Shown: in pieces, positions 22,421 through 35,274 of the stretch
How the letters are laid out: every line of letters begins with the position of its first letter
Position numbering within the stretch: position 1 is the first letter of the stretch
NCBI RefSeq assembly: GCF_902713615.1
Contig: NW_024055467.1
Span: 62,001-126,000 of the forward strand
Direction of reading: 5' to 3'
Length of the DNA: 64,000 nucleotides
DNA from: Scyliorhinus canicula
Lineage: Eukaryota
Translations under genes and position numbers: made by a program
The notes under the pieces: model-generated
Database searches by the model: none
The model's input: only the letters and a program-made list of their open reading frames with translations
Told to the model about the DNA's origin: nothing

Positions 22421-23570
22421 ATGGATTGACGGGTTACGGTGAACAGGCAGGACAGTGGAGATGGATTGACGGGTTATGGTGAAAGGGACGACAGTGGAGA
22501 TGGATTGACGGGTTATGGTGAAAGGGAGGACAGTGGAGATGGATTGACAGGTTATGGTGAAAGGGACGACAGTGGAGATGGATTGACGGGTTACGGTGAA
22601 AGGGCAGGACAGTGGAGATGGATTGACGGGTTATGGTGAAAGGGAGGACAGTGGAGATGGATTGATGGGTTATGGTGAAAGGGAGGACAGTGGAGATGGA
22701 TTGACGGGTTATGGTGAAAGGGCAGGACAGTGGAGATGGATTGACTGGTTATGGTGAAAGGGCAGGACAGTGGAGATGGATTGATGGGTTATGGTGAAAG
22801 GGCAGGACAGTGGAGATGGATTGACTGGTTATGGTGAAAGGGCAGGACAGTGGAGATGGATTGACTGGTTATGGTGAAAGGGAGGACAGTGGAGATGGAT
22901 TGACGGGCTATGGTGAAAGGGAGGACAGTGGAGATGGATTGATGGGTTATGGTGAAAGGGAGGACAGTGGAGATGGATTGACGGGTTATGGTGAAAGGGC
23001 AGGACAGTGGAGATGGATTGACTGGTTATGGTGAAAGGGCAGGACAGTGGAGATGGATTGATGGGTTATGGTGAAAGGGAGGACAGTGGAGATGGATTGA
23101 CGGGTTATGGTGAAGGGGGAGGACAGTGGAGATGGATTGACGGGTTATGGTGAAGGGGGAAGGACAGTGGAGATGGATTGATGGGTTATGGTGAAAGGGA
23201 GGACAGTGGAGATGGATTGACGGGTTATGGTGAAAGGGAGGACAGTGGAGATGGATTGACGGGTTATGGTGAAAGGGAGGACAGTGGAGATGGATTGACG
23301 GGTTATGGTGAAAGGGAGGACAGTGGAGATGGATTGACGGGTTATGGTGAAAGGGAGGACAGTGGAGATGGATTGATGGGTTATGGTGAAAGGGCAGGAC
23401 AGCGGAGATGGATTGACGGGTTATGGTGAAAGGGAGGACAGTGGAGATGGATTGACGGGTTATGGTGAAAGGGAGGACAGTGAAGATGGATTGACGGGTT
23501 ATGGTGAAAGGGCAGGACAGTGGAGATGGATTGACGGGTTCTGGTGAAAGGGAGGACAGTGGAGATGGAG
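22421..23570. repeat. Minisatellite, 39/40-bp unit, ~29 copies
   Basis: Tandem ATGGATTGACGGGTTATGGTGAAAGGG(C)AGGACAGTGGAG. Confidence 0.97.
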
Positions 23571-23749
23571 ATGAGGCCATGATAAGATCATCCATGATCG
23601 TATTGAATGGGGGAGCCGGCTCAAGAGGCTAAATTGCCTACTCCTGGTTCTCATGTTCTAGGAAAGAACTGTAGCCCTGTAGGTAACAGCACCTCAAGCA
23701 CAAAACTGGTTTTCTTTATTTGGAAGAGGATATCTCTTTTTCCTAATGT

Positions 23750-24860
23750 TCTCCAATTAAGGGGAAATTTAGCATGACCAACCCTGCACATCATTGGGTT
23801 GTGGGGGTGAAACCTGCGCAGACACAGGGAGAATGTGCAAACTCCACATGGACAGTAACCTGGGGCCAGAATCAAACCTGACTCCTTGGCACCGTGAAGC
23901 CACTGCGACACCATGTCACCCGAAAAGTGGATTTCTTGATTAATAAGGGTTCAGGGATAATGGGGAGAAGACAGGACACTAAAGGGCAATTTAGCATAGC
24001 CAATCCACCAAACCTGCATTGGTGGGAGAAAACCGGAGCACCCAGAGGAAACCCACGCAGACACAGAGAGAAAGTGCGATCTCCACACAGTCACCTAAGG
24101 CCAGAATTGAACTCGAGTCTCTGCCGCTGTGAGGCAATAGTGCTAAGCACTGTGCCACCCAACATCTGTGGATATTAAGGGGCAATTTAGCATTGCCAAT
24201 CCACCTAACCTGCACATCTTTGGACTGTGGGAGCAAACCGGAGCACCCAGAGGAAAAACACAGATATGGGGAGAAAGTGCGATCTCCACACACTCAACCA
24301 AGGCCGGAATTGAATTTGAGGCACTGGCACTGTGAGGCAACAGTGCTAATCACTGTGAGGCAACAATGCTAACCACTGTGAGGCAACAATGCTAACCACT
24401 GAGGCAACAATGCTAACCACTGCAGCACCAAAATGCTTCACTGAAATATTTAACTCAAATACTTAACTCAGTCACCCCACCCTCTGAGTTTACATTTGAC
24501 TGGAGCTGCTGTCTGGAAAGCGTTTGGGAATTTGAAATTCTCCACCAATTCCTACTCCATCTTTCTGATGGATAATCATAGGAGGCCATTCGGCCCATTG
24601 AGTCTGCACCGACCAACTTCCCCCCTATTACTATAACCCAATAACCCCTCCCAACCTTTTTGGTCACTAAGGGAAATGTATCATGGCCAATCAATCTAAC
24701 TTGCACGTCTTTGGACTGTGGGAGGAAACTGGAGCACCCGGAGGAAACCCACGCAGACACAGGGAGAACGTGCAGACTCCGCACAGACAGTGACCCAGCA
24801 GGGAATTGAACCTGGAACCCTGGCGCTGTGAAGCCACAGTGCTATTCACTTGTGCTGCCC
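23750..24860 (-). mobile_element. Cluster of four antisense HE1-head SINEs
   Basis: Copies at ~23750-23900, 23975-24160, 24175-24430 (with a 23-bp internal tandem repeat) and 24575-24860. Confidence 0.75.
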
Positions 24861-25032
24861 ATGAAGGGTCTGTGCACGTTATAACCTGGTTCCTAGTTTT
24901 ATTAATTTCTCGATTCTCCCCCAATATCCACATCGCAGGAAAAAGATTACGAGTCTCTAATTAGGGTATTCGATGTTGGTGTATTTACCCAGCATTCCCC
25001 CCAGCAGTGAATGCCCCCTATTGACACCAGAG

Positions 25033-26380
25033 GTTTTTTGTTTTTAAAAGTAATTTTTATTCAAATTTTAACCAACAAAACAAAGAAAAACAGTAACCAG
25101 TTTGATGAACCCGGCCATGTCGTTGATCCAGGATTCCGCGCTTGGGGGCTTCACATCCTTCCACTGTAAAAGAATCTTGCGCCGGGCTACCAGGGGCGCA
25201 ATGGCCAGAATACCGGCCTCTTTCACCTCCTGTGTTCCCGGCTCCAATGCTACCCCGAAAATTGCAAGCCCCCAGCCCGGCTCCACCCTGGAGCCAACCA
25301 CCCTTGACAACGTCCCCGCAACACCCCTCCAATGCAGGACACGCCGAGAACATGTGGGTGTGGTTTGCTGGGCTCCCCAAACACCTGCCACACCTGTCCT
25401 CTCCCCCAAAGAACTGGCTCAGCCTTGTCCCAGTCATATGCGCCCTATGCAGCACCGTTAGTTGGATTAAACTAAGCCACGCGCAAGAGGAGGAGGAATT
25501 CAACCTCCCCAAAGCATCCACCCACATCCCCTCGTCAATCTCCTCTCCCAGCTCCTCCTCCCACATCTTTCAGCTCTTCCACCGAGGCCTCCTCCCCTTC
25601 CTGCATCACTTGGTAGATTGCCGAGATCCTCCCCTCTCCAACCCACGTCCCCGAGAGCACCCTGTCCTGAACCCCCCTTGGCGACAACAGTGGAAACTCC
25701 GCCACCTGCCGCCTAACAAACACCCTAATCTGCATGTACCTAAAGGAATTCCCTGGGGGTAGACCCCACCTCCCCTCCAACTCCTCTAAAGTCGCAAACT
25801 TCCCACCGAGAAGGAGGTTCCCCATCCGCCTGATACCTGCCCTGTGCCAGCTCAAAAACCCTCCATCCATCCTCCCTGGTACAAACCGGTGGCTCCCCCA
25901 TAGCGGGGACCAAATTGAAGCCTTCACCTCCCTCCTATGCCGCCTCCACTGCCCCCATCTTTTGAGGGTAGCCACCACCACCGGACTCGTAGAATACCTT
26001 GCTGGGGGGAGCGGCAGCGGCGCCGTCACCAGCGCCTCTAGGCTCGTGCCCACACAGACGCCGCCTCCAACCTCTTCCATGCCGCCCCCTCCCCCTCCAT
26101 CACCCACCTACGTATCATCCCCATGTTCGCAGCCCAGCAGTACCTACACAGGTTGGGCAGCGCCAACCCCCCCCCCCCCCCCCCCCCCCCCCCCACCCCG
26201 CTCCAGGAATACCCTCCTCACCCTCGGGGTCTTCTGCGCCCACGCAAACCCCGTAATGCTCCTCCTGACCCTCCTGAAAAAAGCCTTCGGGATCATGATA
26301 GGTAGACACTGGAAGAGGAACAGAAACCTCGTGAGCACCGTCATTTTGACCGACTGGACCCTGCCCGCTAGGGAGAGGGC
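25033..26380 (-). mobile_element. L1 LINE ORF2 C-terminal fragment with 3' tail
   Basis: LSLAGRVQSVKMTVL.RFLFLFQCLP and C..C.....NHTHMF..CP motifs; AATAAAAA/poly(A) end. Confidence 0.9.
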
Positions 26381-26482
26381 AACACATTGTCTCCCCAATT
26401 ATTGACAATGTTGTTGTTTGTGTAACGTCCTGCTCCTCTGATTTATTTAATTGTTCACCACCATTTACGACTGGATGTAGCC

Positions 26483-26780
26483 GGGCTGCACAATGGCACA
26501 GTGGTTAGCACTGCTGCCTCACAGCGCCAGGCACCAGGGTCTAATTCTGACCTTGGGTTACTGTCTGTGTGGAGCTTGCACATTCTCCCCGTGTCTGCGT
26601 GGGTTTCCTCCGGGTGCTCCGGTTTCCTCCCACAGTCCAAAGATGTGCAGGTTAGGTAAATTGCTCCTCGGTGGGGTTAGGGGATAGGGTGGGGTTTGGG
26701 CTTAGATGGAGTGCTCTTTCAGAGGGTCAGTGGAGACTTGATGAATTGAAAAGCCTCCTATACTGTAGGGATTCAATGAC
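26483..26780 (+). mobile_element. HE1-type SINE
   Basis: Head, central domain and tail present. Confidence 0.8.
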
Positions 26781-27349
26781 TGCAGCTTTGATCTGATCCA
26801 TTGTTTTTGGGATTGTTTACTCCTGCCTCGAGCAAGCTGTTTATCTGCTTATTTTGCTAATTGTCCCATGTTATAGGGTCACAGATTGGAATGTGCTTTA
26901 GGGAAACCTGGTGCTGCTCCTGACATGTTCTCCTCCACTCCATGTTGAACCAGAGTTGGTCCCTTGGCTTGATGGTAATGGCAGAGTGAGGGATATACCG
27001 GCCTATGAGGTTTGATTGTAATTGAATATTAAGCTGCTGATGGCCCACAGCACCTCTTGGATACCTTGTTTTATCGAGATGTGTTCTGAATCTACCCCAT
27101 TTAGCACAGTGATAGTGTCACACAGGACAATGGAGGGTATCCTCAGTGTGAAGATGGGACTTTGTTTCATAAGATCACAAGAATATTGTTTTTTCTATTC
27201 TTTCTGCCAAAGTGAACAAGTGAAATACATCCCATGTCCCGAGGCCAGGACAAAGTTACACTTTAATGGTTTAATTACAGGACAACTGCTGCGAATCCCA
27301 TAAAGGTTGGGTGAGCTACGGTCTGGAACCGTTAGCGCCCCAGCCATTG

Positions 27350-28595
27350 GTTGACTCCCAGTGGGTCAGAATGGAGGAGAGTTTGTGTAGGGGGTCGGGA
27401 TTGAAGGTGTTAGCAACAGCGCCGCTCCTGACGGCCCCAGGGAAATACTCAGGGAGTCCGGTAGTAATAGCTTCATTGCGAATTTGGAGGAAGTTTCACC
27501 AGCATTTCTGGTTGGGGGCAGGGGCAAGGGAAAGGCCGATTTGGGGGAACCATAGATTTGAGCCAGGGAAGAGGGATGGAAATTTTCGGAGATGGGAGGA
27601 GAAAGGAATTAGGACACTGAAAGATATGCAGGTTCGAGACCTTGCCAGAAAGGAGATACAGAGCTTTCCGATAGAGCTGACTTCCACATTGCTGGAGGAG
27701 GTGCTGACAACAGGGGGACTGGAGAAGGAGGTAGTGTCGGCAATTTACATGGCTATTTTGGAAGAGAAGGCACCGCTGGATGGGATCAAGGCAAAGTGGG
27801 ATGAAGAGTTGGGAGAGGGTATGGAGGAGGTGTTCTGGTGTGCGGTGCTCCGGAGGGTGAACGGCTCCACCTCGTGCGCGTGCACACCTCATATGGGCGA
27901 GGCTTTTGAGGGGGTAGAAGATGTGTGTGAACGTTGCGGGGGGGCGCAAATCACGTTCATATGTTTTGATTCTGTCCAAAAATGGAGCATTACTGGAAGG
28001 AGGTTTTTAGGGTAATCTCTAAAGTGGTGCACGTGAAACTGGACCCAGGCCCTCGAGAGACCATGTTCGGGGTATCGGACCAGCCAGCGTTGGAAACGGG
28101 TACGGAGGCAGATGTTGTAGCCTTCGCCTCGTTGAGAGCCCGAAGGCAGATACTGTTAGGGTGGAGACAACCTCTCCACCCTGTGCCCTGGCGTGGTGGG
28201 GGGACCTGCTGGAATTCTTGACTCTTGAGAAGGTCAAATTTGAACTGAGGGGAAGGATGGAGGGGTTCTGTAATTCATGGGCGTTATTCATATTATTTAT
28301 TAAGCACTTTTGAGAATTGGATTACATCGAACATTGGGGGGGGGGGGCTGCTGGGAGGGTTGGAGGAGGGGCCTTTATGTTATAATGGTGACTTTCGGTG
28401 ATTCCTGATTCCTTTTTGTCATTTGTTTATGTTAACATGCTGGCTAATGTTTGGGGGCTTAGTGGGAGGATGGGATTGTTGCTATTGATATGGGGATTGA
28501 CATTGCATTCATTACTGATTGTTGTTTATTGTTGGTGAGTGTAAATTTGGGAGAAAATGTGAAAAAGGAGAATAAAAATATTTATTTAAAAAACA
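27350..28595 (+). mobile_element. 5'-truncated L1 LINE with 12-bp TSD
   Basis: ORF2 C-terminus homologous to the other L1 copies; A-rich tail; CCCCAGCCATTG at 27338-27349 and 28596-28607. Confidence 0.88.
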
Positions 28596-29184
28596 CCCCA
28601 GCCATTGATAATTAACCGTTATATTTCGGTCTGAGGCCTGTTGTGTGAAGAAAACTGAGGTTTCAAACCTTCAACCTTGTGTCTGAAATTAGTTTAACCT
28701 TCAACTTGTAGTTTCTGGAAAGAAGCAGTCACTTTCTGTCACACTATCTAACCACCTTTGGTTTGTGAACTTAAAGAATTTAAGTTCTACAGTTAGTTTT
28801 CATAGTTCGTTAGTTATTTAAACTCCTATTACTTACCAACATGTATTTATTGAATATATCATGCTGTATTTTGCTCTCTCAGCATTCACACACTGATCAC
28901 CTTTAAGCACTGATTTTACACACACTTGGTATAAATTTTATATCTGAAATGACTTTATAATTTCTGTATTAGTTTAAGGCTGTGTCACTTTGTATCCTTT
29001 TCATTAACTGAGTTCCAAGCTTTTGCAGCCACTATGAAAACATAAACCAGCAATTTCTTTTTCAAAACATGTTGAGAGGTGCCTGTCCCAGAGAGAACTC
29101 TACAGGATTTCTATACGTCAACTAGACATTTGGGACAATGAGCCCTGTGATGAGTGTATTTCAGATAGATTGTATTATAGGTAT

Positions 29185-29458
29185 TTGGTGCAGTAAGGGT
29201 TAAAGGCCTGGGTTAGTGTGTGTATGACTGCTGCAGTCATGGTGCAGTAAGGGTTAAAGGTCTGGGTTAGTGTGTGTATGACTGCTGCAGTCATGGTGCA
29301 GTAAGGGTTAAAGGTCTGGGTTAGTGTGTGTATGACTGCTGCAATCATGGTGCAGTAAGGGTTAAAGGTCTGGGTTAGTGTGTGTATGACTGCTGCAGTC
29401 ATGGTGCAGTAAGGGTTAAAGGCCTGGGTTAGTGTGTGTGTGTGAGACTGCTGCAGTA
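29185..29458. repeat. Tandem repeat, 54-bp unit, 5 copies
   Basis: ATGGTGCAGTAAGGGTTAAAGGTCTGGGTTAGTGTGTGTATGACTGCTGCAGTC. Confidence 0.95.
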
Positions 29459-29644
29459 GTGTTTTTAAGGTTCGAAAGATTTTGGGAGCCAGAGGTGTAA
29501 TTAAGGCATTGTAAAAATTGTTTGGATTAAGGAGATTCCCTGTGGAGTAAATTAGATTTCAGCTTGGTAAGGTGATGTAATTAATGGGAGGAGCTAAGGT
29601 AGCAGGCATTTTGCAGAAAAGCAGTTAGTTGAATTTTAGTTTTT

Positions 29645-29910
29645 AGAATAATCTTTATTGTCACAAGTACGCTTACATTAACACTGCAATGAAGTTACTG
29701 TGAAAATCCCCAAGTCGCCACATTACAGCGCCTGTTCAGATACACAGAGGGAGATTTCAGAATGTCCAATTCACCAAACAGCATGTCTTTCGGGACTTGT
29801 GGGAGGAAACCGGAGCGCCCGGAGGAAACTTACGCAGACACAGGGAAAACGTGCAGACTCCATACAGACAGTGACCCAAGCGGGAATCTAACCTGGGATC
29901 CTGGAGCTGT
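29645..29910 (-). mobile_element. SINE, HE1-like head with Rex1/Babar-like tail
   Basis: Homologous to 2929-3238. Confidence 0.8.
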
Positions 29911-30941
29911 GACTGAGAAGCAGCTTCTGAAGAAATGCAGCCAGAGATCCTGCGTGGGTCTGACTGTCAGTAAAAGACAATCTGTTGCTGGGAGTTAGAT
30001 TATCTGGTGTCTGAAACCACAAGATTCAATGTTTAGAGTCAGCAAGGTGAACAAGGAAAGAGATGAGGGCCCAAAGCTCCAGCTGGATATTCACAGGAGA
30101 AAGTTTATTATCAAACACCGACGGGACAGAACAGAGAAAGATCCCAACTGTAAGAAACCCGGAAATTATTTGTAAATATCTTTCAAATATTGACGGATTC
30201 CAACTGTCAGTTTCCACGACATTTGAAGCAAATGGAAGGTGAAAGAACGGTTTTTCTGGACCTATAATAAACACTAATTTGATCACAGCTACTGAGTATG
30301 AGAGATTGTTAAAGGTTCCATATGAAATTTGATTTTATTACCTTACATTGCCAGATTCAGACATTTTAAATCTTTAAGCTTCCAGTCTGTAGATAGTAAA
30401 GCTGCCGTTTCACTTTCAGTCAGGAACAGATCCGTTTTACATCAATCTCCGATCTGACAGCACATTTCCAGTATTCACCATTGTTCTTCCTGACTCTGAA
30501 CAGTTGTAAAGGAGCTTCTGTTCCGTGTCTAGGAGCTCTGAATCATGGAAGCGAGAGGCTGGACACGTTTCTTACACATCTCAGGATTAACCCACACGGG
30601 GACTTCGCTGTCAGTGGAGAGCTGAGAAAGACCAACGTGTTGTTTGTCCCTCTCAGTGTGACCCTGAAGGATTGTGTCCAGGCTGAAGTTCTGTTCCAGC
30701 TGTGTGATCCAACCCCAGATTGTCCTTTCTGAGCTCCAGACAGGTAAAGTTAACCACTTAGGTGGGAAAGACAAAATACACAACAGATTTAAACAAAGTT
30801 GATTTATTTGACATTAATCCAGAATATTAAACTTCATTCCAGTTACTAGAATTGTTAACATCAGCAGAAACAAACCCCAAATGTCGGAATGAACATGGTT
30901 CACTCCTGGATGTGATTAACAGCAGAATCCAACCCCTGTAA

Positions 30942-31640
30942 TCACCATGAATTTGCTGGTGTCTCGGTGGGTGAGATGACTAAGTGAATCTTTTGCCACA
31001 CAGAGTGGGTGAATAGCCTCTTACTCGTGTGAATGTGCTTGTGTGCCAGCAGATCCAATTTGCTTTTAAATCTCTGTTCACACTCAGAACTTTGAAAGCT
31101 GAACAAGTGGATGTGTGTTGAGGTGGGATGACTGAGCGAATCTCTTCCCACACATGGAACAGATGCACAGCCTCTGCCCAGTGTGAGTGTGCTGGCGGAC
31201 ACCGAGTCCACATGATCACCTGAACCCAGTCCCACTGTGAGAGATTCTGAACAGTCTCTTGTTAGTGTATTTTATACTTTCCACAATCCAGACATTTAGA
31301 ATATCTTCAGTCAGTGTGAACTCACTGGTGTTTTAACAGGTTGAATAACTCAGTGAATCCCTCCCCACACATGGAGCAGGTGAATGACCTCTCCCCGGTG
31401 TGAACTCACTGGTGTTGCTGCAGGATGGACCAACGGCTGAACCTCTTCCTGCACTGAGAGCAGATGAATGGAGTGGAACTGGAGTGACTGCGCTGGTGAA
31501 CCATCAGTGAATGTGGGTTTTACAGCTCCTGTCACAGTCTCAGCATTTAAACCCTCTCTCTGCAGTATGAACTCACTGGTATGTGGGGGGAGGCTGGATG
31601 GAGAAGGAAGTGGACACGGAGAGATATTTGTCCGTGTGGA
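30942..31640 (-). pseudogene. C2H2 ZNF pseudogene
   Basis: Multiple HTGE/CxxC remnants with frameshifts and stops; family 3'UTR motif at 30895-30925. Confidence 0.8.
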
Positions 31641-31941
31641 TTGGTGGAAGTGAGGAAACCCGCAGAGACAGCAGATCGGATTGTCTCGCACTGATTGGAG
31701 GTGAGGATGGAGGAGACAGGAAAGAGGGAGAACATTTCAAAACATTTCATATCTAACTTGTATTAGATATATTAAAAAGATTCAACATGATGTGTGTAAA
31801 ATAGAAAGTTGACTTATTTCACTTTTATCCACAATATTAGCTACTATAACTGGCTGGGGTTCATTACCAACAGGAGAAACAGCCCCCAATGAACATAGTT
31901 CAGTCCTGGATGTGATTAACAGCAAAGCTCAATCACTATTG

Positions 31942-32979
31942 TTACTCGTGAAGTCGCTGGTGTCTCAGCAGGGCGGATGTGTGAGTGAATCTCTTCTTAC
32001 ACACAAAGCAGGTGAATGGCCGCTCCCCCGTGTGAACTCGCTGGTGTGTCCGCAGACTGGATAAGGTAGTGACTCTCTTCCCACACCTGGAGCAGGTGAA
32101 TGGGCCCAGCATTGTGTGAGTGCGCTGATGTGTCAGCAGGGCGGATGACTCAATGAATCCCTTCCCACACATGGTACAGGTGAATGGCCTCTCCCCAGTG
32201 TGAATGCGCTGGTGTACCAGCTGGTTAGATAAGGTAGTGAATCCTTTCCCACACAGGGAACAGGTGAATGGTTTCTCCCCAGTGTGAACTCTCTGGTGTA
32301 TAACCAGGTGGGATGACCGAGGGAATCCCTTCCCACACTCGGAGCAGGTGAATGGCCTCTCCCCAGTGTGGGTGCGCTGGTGGACAGTGAGTTGAGAGGA
32401 CCATCGGAACCCAGTCCCACAGTGAGAGCACCTGTACGGTGTCTTGTCAGTGTGAACACGTCGATGTCGCATAAATTCCCAGGAACTTTTGAAGCACTTC
32501 TCACAGTCTGAGCATTTGAAAGGTCTCTCCCCAGTGTGAGCGCGTTGGTGTATCGTGAGTTGAGATGACCATTTGAACCCAGTCCCACAGTGAGAGCACC
32601 TAAATGGTCTCTCATCAGTGTGAACACGTTGGTGGGACATCAATTCGCTGGAACCTTTAAAGCACTTCCCGCATTCTGGACACTGAAAACGTTTCTCTTC
32701 AGTGTGAATCTGCTGCTGTTTTACCAGGCTCTTTGACTTCATGAATCCCTTCGCACACACAGAACAGGTGAACGGCCTCTCTCCAGTGTGACGGCGTCGA
32801 TGGGTTTCCAACTCAGACGGGTATCTGAATCCCTTCCCACATTCCCCACATTTCCACGGTTTCTGCCTGGTCTGACTGCATTTATGTTTTGACAGTCCAG
32901 ATGATTGACTGAATCCTCGCCCACACACACAGCACGTGAACGGTTTCTCCCCACTGCGAACGATTCTTTTTCCTTCCAT
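31942..32979 (-). CDS. C2H2 zinc-finger protein ZNF-D, 345 aa from ATG (MEGKRIV), 10 intact fingers plus 2 atypical
   Basis: Open ORF; the ATG aligns with MEGK of ZNF-B; acceptor TTTCACAG (exon starts at 33076). Confidence 0.92.
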   Translation of the reverse strand: MEGKRIVRSGEKPFTCCVCGRGFSQSSGLSKHKCSQTRQKPWKCGECGKGFRYPSELETHRRRHTGERPFTCSVCAKGFMKSKSLVKQQQIHTEEKRFQCPECGKCFKGSSELMSHQRVHTDERPFRCSHCGTGFKWSSQLTIHQRAHTGERPFKCSDCEKCFKSSWEFMRHRRVHTDKTPYRCSHCGTGFRWSSQLTVHQRTHTGERPFTCSECGKGFPRSSHLVIHQRVHTGEKPFTCSLCGKGFTTLSNQLVHQRIHTGERPFTCTMCGKGFIESSALLTHQRTHTMLGPFTCSRCGKRVTTLSSLRTHQRVHTGERPFTCFVCKKRFTHTSALLRHQRLHE

Positions 32980-33719
32980 GTTCGAAATTGGATGATATAA
33001 AGTCACAAATTGTGTGACTGTCGGATCCTGATGCGATGTTCGATTCGAGTTTCCCAACAAATCCCCATCTCACATCCTGTGAAATTGATTTAAAACAGAA
33101 AACAGGTAGAGAGAACCCACAAAAACACAAAAGCAGGTTGTCAAATTGAGCTGAATGAACCTGGTCATTTGTGGGGCCGACACTGGGAAAAAGTGACCAT
33201 GAAAATGGCTGGATTGTCACAAAACCCCAGCTGGATCACTGATGTCCTTCAGGGAAGAGAACCTCCCACCCAGTGTGGATCTACACAAGACTCTGTCCTT
33301 TATGTCTTCAACTCAAACAGAACTTAGAATCTCCAAACTCTGAAGCTCTCCCGCCACCAAGAAAGAGCTGAGAGCTCAGCCATTTCAGACTCAGCCTCAT
33401 TGCTGTTGGTGCTTCCACATGGAGGCCAGACTGGGTAAGGATGGCAGATTTCCTTCAAGGACATTTACCAGATGGGTTTTTACAACAATCAACAATAGTT
33501 TCACGGTCGTCATTTTAAACTTTTTAAATTCCATATTTTTACTCAATTCAAATTCCACCATCTGCCTGGTGGGATTCAAACCCATTTCCCCAGAGCATTA
33601 CCCTGGGTCTCTGGATTACAGGTGCAGTGACAATACCACTACGCCAATGTGTGCCCCTTTGTGATGTACGTTAACACCATCGCCTACAAGTTCCCATCAA
33701 AATCACACACCACCCTGAC

Positions 33720-34492
33720 CAGTCTGACATCCAGTACAAGAGGAACTGGAATCTCCTCCATTTAAATACTGGGAAAATGAAGTCATTGTCTTCAGTCCCC
33801 GCTCCAAACTCCACTCCCTGAACATCAACTCCAACCCTCTCCCTGGCAACTGAGTGAGGTTGACACAAACTCTTCACACCTTCAGAATAATATTTCACCC
33901 CAAGGTGAGTGTACAAGCACATATCCCCATCATCCCCAAGACCACTATTTCCACATCAGGAACTTCACCCAACTGCACCCTAATCCCAGTTCATCTATTG
34001 CTGAAACTCCCATCCATTCCTGTTACCTCTATTATCCTACACACTCCCGGCCAGCCTCTCAGATTCATTCTCCCTGTAGTTCTGGGGGTCACACAAAACA
34101 CTGCTGCCTGTGTGCTTCCTCACACCAAATCCTGTTCACCCATCACCCCTATGCTCACTGACTGACCACTGTAATCTCCTCCAGCCTCACAACCCTCTGG
34201 GATATCTGCACTTCCTCAAATTCCTGAACATTCTGATTTTAACTGTGCCTCCATTTGTGGCTGCACCTTCATTTTCCCCAAGGCCATAAATTGTGGAATT
34301 TCCTTCCTAACTCTTTCCGCCTCAATCTAACTTTCCTCCTTTAGGATATTCCTTCAAACTTACCTCTTTGATCCATCTTTTGGCCATCAGCCCTAATATC
34401 TGCTTACGTGGCTCATGTCAATGTTGTTTGATAACATTTCTGTGAAATATTGAGGAATGTTTTATTACCGTAAAGGCTCAATATAAATAGAT
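33720..34492 (+). mobile_element. Degenerate L2 LINE 3' end
   Basis: L.LNTGK.. and QNTAA..L..TKSCSPITPML.DL motifs; AAGG..ATATAAAT tail. Confidence 0.65.
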
Positions 34493-35274
34493 TAGCGCAT
34501 AATGATTTGGACATATATCACCGCTGTTCCGTCATCATCACTGGGTGAATAACCTGTAACTCCTTATCTAACAGCATTGTGGGAGCACCTTCACCACACA
34601 GACTGCAGCGGTTCAAGAAGGTCAAATGTTATAATCTCACCAACTGGGGTTTGGCAATATTTGCTGTTGGTCTTGTTAGTGACACCATTGAGGAGTCACC
34701 TGGGGAGTGGGGGTGATGTCACTGTGCAATTGTGGGTGCGCGATGACATCACAGACAGGAAGACAGAACATCTGGGTCGGTGCAAACCAGTGATCACCAC
34801 ACAGCCTGGAGGATGTGAGGGTCCTTGAGACAGTGCAAAGGAGATTTACCAGAATGTTTCCAGGGATGAGGGATTATAGTTGCAATGTTAGGTTGGAAAA
34901 ACTGCGGTTGGATTTGGATTTTGTTTATTGTCACATGTACCAAGAATGCGACAACTCAACAGATCATTAAGTACATGAAAATAAGGTAAAATAAATGCAT
35001 AATAGGGCAACACAAGGTACACAATGTAACTACATAAACACTGGCAATTATTTGTTGTAAAACACAGCGAGTTGTTGTGATTTGGAATGCACTGTCCATA
35101 AATGGTGCTAGAATCTCATTGAACTGTAACTTCCGAAAGGGAATTTGTTGCATTCCGAAAAAGAAAACAAAATAGTCGAACTGTGGGATTAAATGGGTCG
35201 CTGGACAAAGAGCTTGCATGGGAAAAATGGGCCAAATAGACTCCTCTGTGCTCTAGCAGCCTTGTGTACATGTA

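Noticed and set aside
22421-23570. Regular repeat array resembling CRISPR, with repetitive ORFs (DSGDGLTGYGERE; HHNPSIHLHCPPF)
   Set aside because: There are no unique spacers and no cas genes. It is a CR1-derived minisatellite and the ORFs are incidental.
32980-33060. N-terminal extension of ZNF-D from a TTG start (372 aa in the ORF track)
   Set aside because: Non-ATG start; the ATG at 32979 aligns with ZNF-B and gives the same length.
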